NCBI RefSeq assembly: GCF_009914755.1
Contig: NC_060942.1
DNA: 64,000 nt
Direction: 5' to 3' (one strand)
DNA from: the human T2T-CHM13v2.0 reference genome, Homo sapiens
The translations under genes were made by a program, and so were the position numbers. Each line of letters begins with the position of its first letter. Position 1 is the stretch's first letter. Below are positions 28,480-42,376 of this stretch, piece after piece. Below the pieces are notes generated by a model, which saw nothing but the letters and a program-made list of their open reading frames with translations, had not been told where the DNA came from and did not search any database.

Positions 28480-30955
28480 CTAAACAGTTACGTCACTCTC
28501 ACGGAGTCCATGCCACTCCCCTGCCACCCCCATCGGAGCTAGTGCTGGTGCCTACTGCTGGGAGACATAAGGAAACAGTTACGTCACTCTCACGGAGTCC
28601 ATGCCACTCCCCTGCCACCCCCATCGGAGCTAGTGCCGGTGCCTACTGCTGGGAGACATAAGGACAGGTCACATCACTGGACCCCTTGCAGATAATCTTC
28701 ACCAACAGCCTGAAATGTGGCAGCCCTATGGGGTGGCTACACCCAGAGGAATAGCAGTGTTCACAGTGGTCTGGCTCTCAGGGACACCAACTCCTAGGGG
28801 AAGGGGAAGTGCACCACATCAAGGGAACACCCCATAGGACAAAAGAGTCTGGATACCAGGCCTTGAGTCCCAGAACATTCTGCTCACGGGAAGTTTCTTT
28901 CAGCAGAGGCATTAGTGCAATGCTGGTGCTCGTGAAGGGTCTTGGAGAAGGGGACTTCTTTTCTCTCTTATCCATTACTGCAAACACAGCTGGGGCTTCT
29001 CCCACAAGAGCTTGATATGGGTGTATCTATAGACAGCCTTTCTGGAACACTTTAGGGTGACAGCATCCTCACATTAGGAGTGCCCTCCAGATTCAGGCTT
29101 ACACAAGAGGTGGTCACAACTCCTCTCTACTTGGAACATCAACATTCCTAGACATGAAAACAGGTGCCTGTCTGATAGGAATAGCTGGAACATTGGGTCA
29201 GGAGTGCATCTGGGAGTTGGATCACTTTCCTGCTGGCCTGGCAGAAGAACTAAGGTGGCTCCCACCCTTCCCCCTGATGAGACCTCAGTGTTTTTCACTG
29301 AAAGCTCCCCCAGCCACCTCTGTCAGGGCTGGGACATCTGCCCACTATTGGGTACTGCATTTAGCCACCTGCTTTAGCCACAACCAGTTTCTACCCAGGG
29401 ATACTTCCCATACTGGCCTGAAGCTTTAACTATTCAACCCAGTAAATAAATAAAATACTGGTACAAAATAAATAAATAAATAAATAAATAAATGCACACT
29501 GTGGGGAAACAAGATAAGCTTCAAGAGATCTCTGCCATTCCAACCCCATAGGAGATGCTGAACTTGTTCACACACTGAGCACATTGTTACTACAAGAGGC
29601 GTCTGGGAAAGCCACAATACAAAGATTCACTATAACCAAGGAACCCATACAAATTACTCAGTACTAAAAGCACTAAGAGCCAAATTAGGCTATAATAAAC
29701 TATAAACATGTAAGTCACATCCTTCTGAAATACCAGATAAAAAATTCAAAAGGTTGATTACTAAGCTACTCAAGCAGATACCAGAGAAAGGTGAAAACTA
29801 ACATAAAGAAATGAAAAAAAAATTCAAGATATAAATGAAAAATGTTATAAAGAGATACATATTTTAAAGAAAAACCAATCAGAACATCTGGAAATGAAAG
29901 ACACACTTAGGGAGTTTAAAAATGCATGGGAAACTTTAACAACAGACCTGATCAAGTAGAAGAAAAAATTTCAGAGCTCGAAGATAAGGCTTTTGTTCAC
30001 CCAATCAAACAAAAATTTAAAAAATAAATAAGAAGGAATGAACAAACTCTCCAGGGAACTTGGGATTATGTAAAAGGTCCAATCCTAAAAATAACTGGTG
30101 TTCCTGAGGGAGAAGAGAAAACAAAATGTTTAGAAAAATTACTTGATGGAATAATAGAGGAATACATCCCTGGTCTTGCTAGAGATTTAGATGTCCAAAC
30201 ACAAGAAGCTCAAAAATTCCTGGGAGACTCACTGCAAAAAGGACATCACCAAGGTATATAGTCATCAAGCTATCTAAAGTCAACATGAAGGAAAGAATTC
30301 TAAGAGCAGTGAGACAAAATGCAATAGGTAACATATAAAGAAAAATCTATCAAACTAACAGCAGTCTTCTTAGCAGAAATCTTAAAAGCCAGAAGGAATT
30401 GGGATTTTATTTTTAGCCTCTTTAAACAGAATAACTGAGAGCCAAGAATTCTGTATCCAGCAAAACTAAATTTCAAAATGAAGGAGAAATAAAGTCATTT
30501 TCAGACAAACAAATGCCGAGGGAATTTGTCAGTACCCCAGACCAGCCCTACGAGAAAGGTTAAAAGGAGTTATAAATCTTCAAACAGAAGCTCAGTATGC
30601 ACTAGAATAGAATCTCTTGAAAGCATAAAACTCACAGGGCCTATAAAACAATAACACAATAAGAAAACAAACCATCTAGGTAACAATTAACATGATGACT
30701 GGAACAGTACCTCACATCTCAATATTAATGTTGAAAGTAAATGGTGTAAATGCTCCACTTAAAAGATACAGATTGGCAGAATGGATAGAAAAATCATAAA
30801 CCAAATATCTGTATTTTAGAAACCCACTTAATATGTAAAGATTCATATAAATTCAAGGTAAAGTGGTGAAAAAAGATATTCCACACAAATGGAAACCAAA
30901 AGCTAGCAGGAGTTACTATCCTTATATCAGATAAAACAGACTTTCAAACAACAAT

Positions 30956-30990
<35 letters not shown>

Positions 30991-33900
30991 CAAAGAAGGT
31001 CATTATATAATAATAAAAGGATCAATCCAACAAGAGGATATTACAATCCTAAATTTACATGCCCCTAACTCTGGAGCTCCCAGATTCATAAAACAATTAC
31101 TATTAGACCTAAAAAATGAGATAGAACAGCAACACAATAATACTGGGGGACTTCAACACCGCACTGACAGCACTAGACAGCTCATCGAGACAGAAGGTCA
31201 ACAAGGAAGCAATGAAATTAAACTACATGATAGAACAAATGAAGCTAACATATATTTATAGAACACTCTACCGAAGAACTGCAGAATATACATTCTTCTC
31301 ATCAGCATATGGAGCATTCTCCAAGATAGACCATATAACAGGCCACAAAACAAGTCTTGATACATTTTAACATATCAAAATCATATTAAGTATCTTCCAA
31401 GACCACAGTAGAATAAAACTGGAAATTAACTCAACAAAGAACCTCAAAGCTATATAAATACATGGAAAGTAAACAATCTGCCCATGAATTATTTTGGGGT
31501 TAACAACGAAACCAAGATGGAAATTTAAAAATTCTTTGACATGAGTGACAACAGTGACACAAATTATTAAGACCTCTGGGATATAGCAAAAGCAATGCTA
31601 AGAGTACAGTTTACAATGTTAATGCCCATAAGAAAGTCTGAAAGTTCACAGACTGACAACCTAATGTCACACCTCAAGGAACTATGAGAGAAGAACTAAA
31701 TCCAAAGCTAGCAGAAGAAATGACAAAGATCAGAGTAGAACTAAGTGAAATAGAAACAACAACAACAACAAAAAAGTCGATGAAACCAAAGGCTGCTTCT
31801 TTGAAAATATGAACAAAATTGATAGACCATTATTAGCTAGATTAACCAAAAATAAAAATAAAATACAATAAAAAGATTCAAATAAACTCAATTAGAAATG
31901 AAAATGATGACATTACGACCAAAACCATAGAAATATATAAAATCATTTGTGACTACTGTTAACACCTCTATGTACACAAACTAGAAAATCTAGAGGAAAT
32001 GGATAAATTCCTAGAAACATACACCCCTCCTAGATTAAATCAGGAAGAAATAGAAACCTTGAACAGACCAGTAACAAGCAGTAAGTTTCAATCGTAATAT
32101 TTAAAATGTCAACAAAAAAAAGCACAGAGCAAGATGAATTCACAGCTTGAATTTTACCAGACATTCAAAGAATTGGTGCCAGTCCTTCTGAAACTATTCT
32201 GAAAGACTGAGAAAGAGGAAATCCTCCCTAACTCATTCTAGGAAACCAGTAACACTGATACCAAAATGAGGAAAGGGCATATCAAAAAATAAATAAATAA
32301 AGGAAAAGAAAACTGCAAATCAATATCCCTGATGAACATAGATGCAAAAATCCTCAACAAAATGCTAGCTAAGCAAATCCAACAGCACATCAAAAGATAA
32401 TACACCATGAACAAGTGGGTTTTATTCCAGAGACGGAGGGATGATTTAACACATGCAAGTTAATAAATGTAATATATCACATAAACAAAATTAAAAACAA
32501 AAGCCATATGATCATTTCAATATAGGTAGAAAAAATAAATTATAAAAACTCCAGTATCCCTTTATGATAAAAAACCCTCAACAAACTAGACATAGAAGGG
32601 ACACACCTCAAAATAACAAGAGCCATGTATGACATACTTACAGCCAACATCATACTAAATGGGGAAAAGTTGAAAGCATTCGCCCTTGAGAACTAAAACA
32701 AGGATGCCCACTTTCATCCCTTCTACTCAACAGAGTATTGGAATCATAGCCATAGCAATCAGTCAAGAGGAAGAAATAAAGGGCATCCACACTGGAAGAG
32801 ACCAAGTCAAAATAAATGACTATATATCTAGAAAACCCTAAAGACTCCTCCAGAAGTCTCCTAGATTTGATAAATTAATTCGGTAAAGTCTCAGGTTACA
32901 AAATCAAAGTATACGAGTCAATAGCACTGCTATACACAAACAATGACCAAGCAGAATCAAATCAGGAACCCAAACGCCTTTATAATAGCTGCATGCAACC
33001 AAGGAGATGAATGATCTCTATGAAGAGAACTAAAAAACACTGCTGAAAGAAATCACAGATGACACAAATGGAAATACATCCCATGCTCATGAATTGGAAG
33101 GATCAATATCATGAAAATGACCATACTGCTCAAAACAATCTACAAATTCAATGTAATTCTTATCTAAATACCAACATTATTTTTCACAAAATTAGGAAAA
33201 ACAATCCTAAAATTCATATGGAACCAAAAATGGGCCAAAATAACCAAAGCAACCCTAAGCAAAAATAATAAATCCAGAGGTATCACATTACTGAACTTCA
33301 AATTATACCAAAAGGCTATAGTTACCATAACAGCATGGTACTGGTATAAAAATAGGCATGAGGACCAATGTAACAGAATAGAGAACCCAGAAATAAAGCC
33401 AAATACTTAAAACCAACAAAGGATACAAAAACATAACTGGGGAAGGGCCACCCTATTTAATAAATGGTGCTGGGAAAACTGGATAGCCACATGTAGAAGA
33501 ATGAAACAGGATCCCTCTCTCTCGCCTTACACAAAAATCAACTCAAGATAATCAAAGATTTAAGTCTATGACCTGAAGCTATAAAAATTCTACAACATAA
33601 CCTGGAAAATCTCTTGCAGACACTGGCCTAGGCAGAAAATTTATGACTACGACCCCAAAAGCAAATGTAACAAAAACAAAAATAAATAAATGGGACCTAA
33701 TTAAACAAAAAAGCTTCTGTACAGCAAAAGGCATAATCATCAGAATAAACAGACAACCCAGAGAATGGGAGAAGATATTTGCAAACTATGCATCCAACAA
33801 AGGACTAATATCCAGAATCTACAAGGAACACAAACAAGTCAGCAAGAAAAAAACAAATAATCCCATCAAAAACAATAGATGTTGGTGTGGATGTGGTGGA

Positions 33901-34512
33901 AAGAGGACATTTATACACTGCTTGTGGGAATGTAAGTTAATACAACCTCTATGGAAAACACTATGGAGAGTTCTTTAAAAACTAAAAGATCTATTCAATT
34001 CAGCAATCCCACTACTGGGTATCTAGCCAAAGGAAAAGAAGTCATATCAAAAAGACATATACATTGTTTATTGAAGCACAATTCACAATTGCAAAGATAT
34101 GGAACCAACCTAAGTACCATCGTTCAGTGGGTGAATAAATAAAATGTGGTATATATACACCATGGAATACCACTCAGCCATAAAAATGAATGAGATAATG
34201 TCTTTTGCAGCAACTTGGATGGAGCTGTAGGATATTATTCTAAGTGACATAACTCAGGAATGGAAAACCAAGTACCACATGTTCTCACTTATAAGTGGTA
34301 GCCAAGCTATGGACACAAAGGCATACTCTGTGGTATAATGACCTTTGGAGACTCAGAACGGGGAGGCTAGAAAGGGGGTGAGGGAGAAAAAAAAACTACA
34401 TATTTGGTATAATGTACACTACTCAGGTAATGGATGAACTAAAATCTCAGACTTCACCACTATACAATTTATCCAGGTAATCAAAAACTAAAAGCTATTG
34501 TAATAAAAATAT
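28480..34512 (+). mobile_element. Near-full-length inactive L1PB (L1PB3-like): 5'UTR part, ORF1, ORF2 and 3'UTR, all disrupted
   Basis: GC-richer 5' region, ORF1 remnants around 29730-30600, and the ORF2 start region (CCTCACATCTCAATATTAATGTTGAA) near 30710. ORF 33643-33978 contains [17 protein letters not shown]. 3'UTR is L1PB-type (GACTTCACCACTATACAA). The 5' boundary is approximate. Confidence 0.85.
28482..28663. repeat. Tandem duplication, 2 x 91 bp
   Basis: 28482-28572 and 28573-28663 are identical except for one T/C difference (GTGCTGG vs GTGCCGG). Confidence 0.95.
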
Positions 34513-34538
34513 TTTTTTATAAAAGGAAAGGAAATAAG

Positions 34539-34800
34539 GATGGGCATGGTGGCTCACATCTGTAATACTAGAACTTTGGGAGGCACAGGCAGGAGAACTG
34601 CTTGAACCTAGCAGTTCAAGACCAGCGTGGGCAACACAGTGAAACCTCATATATACAAATTTAAAAAAAAATTAGCCAGGCATGGCAGCACATGAGATGC
34701 TGAGGTGGGAGGATTGCATGAGCATTGGAGGTCAAGACTTCAGTGAGCCAGGATCATGGCACTCCACTCCATTCTGGGTGACAGAGTGAGACCCTGTCTC
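34539..34800 (+). mobile_element. AluJ
   Basis: Diverged Alu dimer with a small right-arm deletion and J-type features. Confidence 0.85.
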
Positions 34801-34992
34801 AAAAAAAGAAAAGAAAGAGAAAGAGAGGAAAGAAAAAGAAAAAGAAAGAAAATGAAAGGAAAGGAAAGGAAAGGAAGAGAGAATGGAGGCAGGGAGGGAG
34901 GAAGGAAAGAAGGAAGGATGGAAGGAAGGAAGGAAGGAAGGAAGGAAGGAAGGAAGGAAGGAAGGAAAGAAGGAAAAAAAAAACAAACAAAC
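34801..34992. repeat. Polypurine Alu-tail expansion including (GGAA)12
   Basis: GAAA/GGAAA/GGAA arrays, with 12 perfect GGAA units at 34920-34967. Confidence 0.95.
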
Positions 34993-35310
34993 AGTATATC
35001 AAAGAGATATCTGCACTCCCATGTTTACTGAACCACTACTCATAAGGGCCAAGATTTGGAAGCAACCTAAGTATCCATGAACAGATGAATGAATAAAGAA
35101 AATGAGGTACATATACACAACAGAGTATTATTCAACCATAAAAAGTGAGATCCTGTCATTTGCAACAACATGGGTGGAACTGAATTATAGTTACCAAAGG
35201 CTGGGAAGGGTAGTGGAGGGTGATGCAGAACTGAGGATGGTAAATGGGTACCAAAAAATAGTTAGAAAGAATAAGATCTAGTATTTGATAGCACAACAGG
35301 GTGACTTCAG
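34993..35310 (+). mobile_element. L1MA-like 3' fragment
   Basis: AGTATATCAAAGAGATATCTGCACTCCCATG...AAGATCTAGTATTTGATAGCACAACAGGGTGAC. Confidence 0.7.
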
Positions 35311-35312
35311 TA

Positions 35313-36940
35313 AATACGGTTTGGATCTGTGTCCCTGCCCAAATCTCATGTTGAATTGTAATCCTCAGTGTTGGAGGTGGGGCCTTGTGGGAGGTGATTG
35401 GATCATGAGGGCAGAATTCCCCCTTGGTATTGTCTTGGTAACAGTGAGTAAGTTCTCATGAGATACGATTGTTTAAAAGTGTGTAGCACCTCCCCATTCT
35501 CTATCTTCCTCCTGCTCCAGCTATGTAAGTAATGCCTGCTTCTCCTTTGTTTTCTGCCATGACTGTAAGTTTCCTGAGGCCTCCCCAGAAGTTGATGCCA
35601 CCATGCTTCCTGTACAGACTGTAGAACCATGAGCCAATTAAACCTCTTTTCTTAATAAATTACCCAGTCTCAGGTATTTCTTTATAGCAATGCAAGAATG
35701 AACTAACACAGAAAATTCATACCAAGGAGTGGAGCATTGCTATAGAGATACCTGAAAATGTGGAAACAGCTTTGGAACTGGATAACAGGCAGAGGCTGGA
35801 AGAGTCTAGGGGGCTCAGAAGAAGATAAGAAGATGAAGGAAAGTTTGGAACTTCCTAGAGACTTCTTGAATGGTTGTGACAAAAATGCTGATAGTGATAT
35901 GGACACTGAAGTACAAGCTGAGGAGATCTCAGATGGAAATGAAGTTATTGGGAAATGAAGCAAAGGTCACTTTGTTAAGCACTAGCGAAGAGCTTTGCTG
36001 CATTGTGACCTTGCCTTAAGGATCTCTGGAACTTTGAACTTGAGGTATGACTTAGGGTATCTGGTGGAAAAAGTTCCTAAGGAGCAAAGCCTTCAAGAGG
36101 TGGCCTGGCTGCTTCTAACAGCCTAGGCTCATATAACAGCCTATGCTCATATGTGTGAGCAAAGATATGACCTGAAATTGGAAGTTATATTTAAAAAGGA
36201 AGCAGAGTGTAAAAGTTTGGAAAATTTGCAGCCTGGCCATGTGGTAGAAAAGAAAAGACCATTTTCAGGGAAAGAATTCAAGCAGGCTACAGAAATTTGC
36301 ATAGAAAAGAGGAGCCAGATCCTAATAGCTAAGACAATAGGGAAAAGGCCCTGAAAGCATTTCAGAGACATTCCTGGCAGCCCCTCCCATCACAGGCCTG
36401 GAGGCCAAGGAGGGAAGAATGGTTTTGTGCGTCACACCCAGGGGCCTCTGCTGCCCTGTGCAGCCTCAGGACACTGCTCCCTGCATCCCAGCCACTCCAG
36501 CTCCAGCCATGGCTCAAAGGGGCTCATATACAGCTTGTGCCACTACTTCAGTGGGTACAGGCCATAAGCCTTGGCAGCTTCCACATGGTGTTAAGCCCAC
36601 AGGTGCACAGAATTGAGGCTCAGGAGCCTCTACCTAGATTTCAGACAACGTATGGAAAAGCCTAGACATTCAGGCAAAAGCCTGCTGCAGTGGTGGAGTC
36701 CTCACAGAAAACCTCTGCTAGGGCAGTGCAGAGGGGAAATGTGGGGTTGGAGGTCTCACAGAGTACTCACTGGAACACTGACTAGTGGAGCTATGAGAAG
36801 AAGGCCACTGCCCTCTAGACCCTGGAATGGTAAAGCAACCTACAGCTTGCACGATGCTCCTGGAAAAGCTGCAGGCACTCAGTGCCAGGCCCTGAGAGCA
36901 GCCACAGGGGCTGAACCTTGCAAAGTCATAGGAGCTGAGG
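35313..36940 (+). mobile_element. MSTA-like MaLR: LTR (about 35313-35710) plus truncated internal sequence
   Basis: MST LTR ending AACTAACACA, followed directly by MaLR-internal sequence (GATACCTGAAAATGTGGAAACAGCTTTGGAACTGG). No second LTR. Confidence 0.85.
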
Positions 36941-36959
36941 CTCCTGAGTCCTTGTTGGA

Positions 36960-37310
36960 CCAAAGGCACTCAACTCAGGCTTGTGCTATGACTTGCTTTG
37001 ACCAATGGCAGATGCAGGGCAAGCTGACGCTTAAAATGTGGGTGTGCAGCTTGTTTTCAGCTCATGGCACTGCAGTTACTTACCATTAAAAAGATCACGC
37101 TTTAGTTAGCCTCTGCTCCTTTAGAGTGGGCCCCCAGAGCAAACACAGGTAGAACACACCGGAGCCTGAAATGAAGCCTTTTATAAAACCATGCAGTCAA
37201 GCCCAGCCTGGATCATCAGCCCAATCATGAGTGGCCTAAAGATCTACTAATGTGTTATTTTAAGACATTGAATTTTGAAGTATTTTTATAGCAATAGCAG
37301 ACAGAACAAT
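36960..37310 (+). mobile_element. Old MLT1-type LTR fragment
   Basis: GACTTGCTTTGACCAATGG...TTTATAGCAATAGCAGACAGAACA. Confidence 0.55.
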
Positions 37311-37311
37311 C

Positions 37312-38260
37312 TACACAAAAAAAGGGCAAAGCTTTGAATATGCACTTCACACCAAAATTTATGAAAAGTTGCTTAACTTCATTAGTAATCAGGAAAATGA
37401 GAAAGAAACCACAATGAGCTACCAATGCATCCCCACTAGAATGACAAAAATTAAGAAGTCTGTCACTACTAGATGTTGGCAAGGTTGAGGAGCAATGACA
37501 ACTCTCATACTCTGCTGGAAGAAGATTAAATGTTGCAACCCATAAAAAAGCAACTCAGCATGAACTTGAAAGTTGAAGATAATTCCAGCAAATTCCATGA
37601 CCCCAGGGCTCCAGCAATTACACAAAATTAAGAGATAAGTTCATGTTAATGGGAAAAAAATGAAAACAATTATCAACAGGAATCTGAGAAAATAAACTGT
37701 GGCATATTCAGACAATATAACATTACACAATGAAAATAAATCAACTGCGACTACATATGCAAGAATATAAATATTATCAATAATGTTGAATGAGCAAAGC
37801 AAGCCAAAAGACTATATACTACTTTTGTTGAGAGATGGTATCTTGCTATGTTGCCCAGGCTGAACTCAAACTCCTGAGCTCAAGTGATCCGCCTGACTCA
37901 GCCTCCCCAGTAACTGAGATTACAGGTGCATGCCACCATGCCCAGCTTTATACTACCATTTTTAAAATACAAAATCAAGCAAAAGCCCTTAATATGTACC
38001 TTAGATATATACGGCAAACTATATAAGTAGTATATATAAAGTAAACTGCCTTTTTACTTATACAGTAAAGATTTTTTGAAGAAGCATGGAAATAGGAAAC
38101 AAAAAATTCAGCATAGCAGTTGGGGAGGAAAATTAGTATCATGTTTTCATTCTTAAGCTGGATGGTGGCTTTATAGATATACATTTATTATACTTCATGA
38201 CTTACATATTGAAATATGTATGTTGCCTTGTATAAATACAATATTATAAGATTTCTTAAA
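37312..38260 (+). mobile_element. L1ME-like 3' fragment
   Basis: GGGCAAAGCTTTGAATATGCACTTCAC...AATAAACTGTGGCATATTCA. Confidence 0.55.
37823..37946 (-). mobile_element. FLAM / free Alu monomer
   Basis: Single reverse Alu monomer of about 120 bp. TATACTAC on both flanks. Confidence 0.75.
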
Positions 38261-39499
38261 GTCCTTTGAAATGGTGTACCCTAGTCATCTAATGTAAGAA
38301 AGAAAAGTTGATACAGGTAAAATAGTGGACACAGTATGTTTTCTTTTAACTGAACAGTCCATTTTTCTGCTTTGAAACCCCTTTTTCAGCAAGGCTTGCT
38401 CCTTTTCTGATTGGGAAAAACAAGTATCTCACCAGATCTTTTGTAAGAACATACCATGTACAGTCAGTAACAGGCAGAAGATAGGGTGCATGCACTGCTC
38501 CTAACCATCCACCTTCATTAGATCACACTATTCTGAAGGAAGGAGGAGTCTATGACTGAACCAGGGCATCAGCCTCCTCCATCTTACTCCTTCTTGACAC
38601 AGGGCATAAGCTGCGCCCTGGCATTTCTAACTCCACTGAATGAAATCTGAGCAGAGACAAAATACGGAAATCACAAGAAAGATAAACTGACTCTGGCTCT
38701 CTTAAGCAAAAAAGGTGTCTACTGTAAGAATATCCAAGGCTCAGAGATTTAACATCTGTGACAAGATCAGACAGAAACAAAGTGATCAAGAAAGCAGATG
38801 GCAGACCAAACATCCCATGGCTAAACCAGCCTGATCAGCATGGCACCCCATTTCTTCTGCTGCTGAAGCCCCTGGAATGAGTGAACTAACTAATTTACCT
38901 GTTCCCTTCTTGCTAGAGTCTCTGTCCCTCAAGCCAAAGTCCTGGGAAAGAGCATCCAATTGACCAATCTTAGATCTTCTTCCTGCACTCTTGGACAAAG
39001 CCATGGGGAAATGGAGGATCTGCCTCCTGGAAAACCCTAAGTCTTCTCTCATAATTCCCATAAAGGAAAGCAGGGTTCTATGAGTAAGAGAGATGGATGA
39101 TGAGTAGAGGAGGAAAGGCTGCTTCCCACTCTGGGCTATGAGATGTCATCAGCTAGTTGTGCATACTTGTCATATCCAACTGCATGGCTACAATGTAAGA
39201 GGAATGTAGAATGGTTGCCGAGGTCTGAAATTCTGTTCCACTGATAAGTATTGTTATTGATGATGTCATTATTGGGCATTCCAAGGGCGTCAGCAATATT
39301 AATTTCTTCTTACTATAGGACAGACAGTACATTAAGCATTGTATGTTCATTAATTTGTCTACTCCTTCCAATGACCCTGATTTAACTGTAATAACTACAT
39401 ACATGATCTTTCAGTTATGCACAGGGGAAAATAACTGTAAAAGAATACAGGCAACACTTAGAAAAAGGAAAAATAATAAACACAGGAAAAGAAACGCAC

Positions 39500-40280
39500 T
39501 ATTACTAGAAAGCAGGGAAATGCGTATTAAATATAAGTATCCTCTTCTACCCAGGAAAATGACTGGTAAAGGTAAGGCTCACCAAGTGTTGAAGCGAGTG
39601 TGAAGCAAGCATCAGGAGCTCTCACATCCTGCTGAGGAGGTGAAAATTGGTACAACTACTTGATGAAGCACTTGGGAATATCTAACAAAGCTGAGTAAGG
39701 CTGGAACTATGCATGCCTAGAACCTGGCTGTTTCTAGATAGATAGAAAACCTCTAGCACATGTGCAAAAGGTACAATGTTTATCGTGGCTTTTGTCTGTA
39801 ACAGGAAATATATGATAATACCCAAACACCCATCAGTAGGAAAATGAATAAATAAATTGTGATATATTCAAAAATGGAATATTATACAGCACTTAAAAGA
39901 GCTACAGTGATATATATTCTATCACAGATAACTCTATAAAATATATTTGAACCAAGAGAAAAGGGTGCAGGATGATACATGCCATATATCATTTATGTAA
40001 TGTTTGCTTATAGATACACACACACATCAGGTTAAAATGTAACAACACTGCTGAAAAGGAGACCAACGACAGCATAGCAATTATGTCTCAGGAGGGATGA
40101 AGATATACAGGTTTGGGGACAGGAGACTTCAAGTGTAATTGCAATGCTTCACTTCTTTCAAAAAGCAGAAGCAAGTGCGGCAAAATACTGAGATTAGTAA
40201 ATCTGGACAGCCAGCGTAGAGTTGTTCATTTTCTTATTCTCTATACTTCACTGCATATTTGAATATTTAAAACAAAAATT
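39500..40280 (+). mobile_element. L1ME-like 3' fragment
   Basis: AAAATTGGTACAACTACTT...AATAAATTGTGATATATTCA..ATGGAATATTATACAGC. Confidence 0.55.
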
Positions 40281-41481
40281 CAACATTAGGGGTAGGTTAT
40301 AGGAGGAATTTTATACGTTCTCATATTTATTTCTTTAGAGGTCTCATTTGCCCCTGAATATCATCATCAAGTAACCACGTTATGTACTCCCTCAACAGCA
40401 ATCATTTGCTCAGAACCTTAAAAAACAATGAAGACATTTAACAAATCATAATTATCATCATCCCTGTAACTGCATTTATTAAGTAAGTTCCTACTGTGTG
40501 CCAAGCACATGGTGGCAGCCTGGCAACAGCCTCTTTACACTGAAGTAGCTCAAGGTGACACTGCCAGTAACAGCAAAGCTGCAATTTGTCTATCTCCAAC
40601 ATGTAACACCTTACCTAATGGCTCCATTTCTAAAAGTATATTGCTGCTGCCCCTGGCTACATTATAGTAGCAAAGCATGTGTTTCATGCATAGGAGTAAT
40701 ATTAACATACATATTTGACTGTCAGGTAGTTAGTGGGAAAGTGTGTAAATCAATGACTTGCCTAAGCTCATGTGACTAGCTGGTAGCAGAGCTAGAACTG
40801 GAATCTAAATTTTAAACAATAGACCACTTCATAGCTTATTGAGAAGGACAGACTATACTCATTACAACAGATTTTCCAACAAATGCCTCTCTGAAGCCTT
40901 GCCAAAATTGAATGTTCCTAATATCACACCACTAAGCACTGTTCAAATAAACTGCCTTCCAGGAATATCTTTAATACACTGGCACTGAATCATGACAACT
41001 AGCACTGCTGCCAAAATGACATACAACATTAAATGACATGAAAACACGCTATATGCAGAAATAAAATCAAACTATTTTGTTGCTAGAACATGTCTCTACT
41101 AGGAGCATTTCAGAATAGCATTAGATTTTTGTGAATTTATTAATTAGAATTTTCATTCAGCAAATAAAAAACTAGTACCACGGAAACTTTTTCTAATCTG
41201 ATGTGGTGACAGGCGAGAAGTCAGAATGAAGTAGTGGAAAAGTCATCCAGTCACACAAGTTCTAGCTCTGACTCTCCAGCTTAGCTGGCAGGGAGACAAA
41301 GGCAAATCACAGCCTCATGAAGCCTCACCCACACTGAATACACAGAGCTCTGCTGGAAAATGGGACCACGTTTGGGAATATATTATTTTTAAAAATTGAA
41401 GTGTAACATACATGCAGAAAAATGCATAACAGCTTAGGCCACAGCTCAATAAATTTTCATGCACTGAACACATGTAACTAG

Positions 41482-41915
<434 letters not shown>

Positions 41916-41960
41916 TTCTGTTTCTTTTTATACACTCTAGAAATGGAATTACAGAGTATT

Positions 41961-42376
41961 TGTCTTTGTCCATTTTCTGTTGCTTATAACATAACACATG
42001 AAACTGGGTAATTTATAAAGAAAAGGAATTTATTTCTTACACTTATGGAGGCTGAGAAGTTCAAGGTTGAGTGGGGCACATCTGGTGAGGGCCTTCTTGC
42101 GGTGGGAACTGTCTACAGTGTCCCAAGGTGCACAGGTATGACATGGTGAGGGGGCTGAGCACGTTGGCTCATGTCTCCTTCCTCTTCTTATGAAGTCACC
42201 ATTTCCACTCCCATGATAACCCATTAATCCATTCACCCATTAATCTATTAATCCACAAGTGGATTAATCCATTCAAGGCTCTTGCCTTTTAAATGCTGAG
42301 CACCTCTCAATATTGCCATATTAGGGATTAAGTTTCGACAGGAGTTTTGGAGGGGACAAACATTCAAATCATATCA
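41961..42376 (-). mobile_element. Solo MaLR LTR (MSTC/MSTD-like)
   Basis: TG...CA ends, AAACTGGGTAATTTATAAAGAAAAGGAATTTATT motif, flanks GTATT/GTATG. Confidence 0.8.

Noticed and set aside
28482-28663. Direct repeats as a CRISPR-like array
   Set aside because: Only two adjacent copies with no spacers, in eukaryotic DNA. It is a simple tandem duplication.
28440-34512. Possible active L1
   Set aside because: ORF1 and ORF2 are broken into short pieces by many stops, frameshifts, an A-run expansion near 30960-30988 and deletions.
34732-35080. Low-complexity ORFs (EGRK repeats, PSFL repeats)
   Set aside because: They are read-through of the GGAA/TTCC microsatellite.
36117-36152. Small tandem duplications (18 bp here; also about 5523-5554 and 55563-55581)
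   Set aside because: These are ordinary slippage events inside dead repeats with no evident function.
36613-37089. 158-aa ORF
   Set aside because: It lies in MaLR internal sequence, crosses a repeat junction, starts at a non-ATG codon and has no splice support.
42246-42270. Palindrome ATTAATCCAC-AA-GTGGATTAAT as a possible miRNA or regulatory hairpin
   Set aside because: It is short and sits inside an MST LTR, where ATTAATCC repeats are, as I recall, part of the family sequence.
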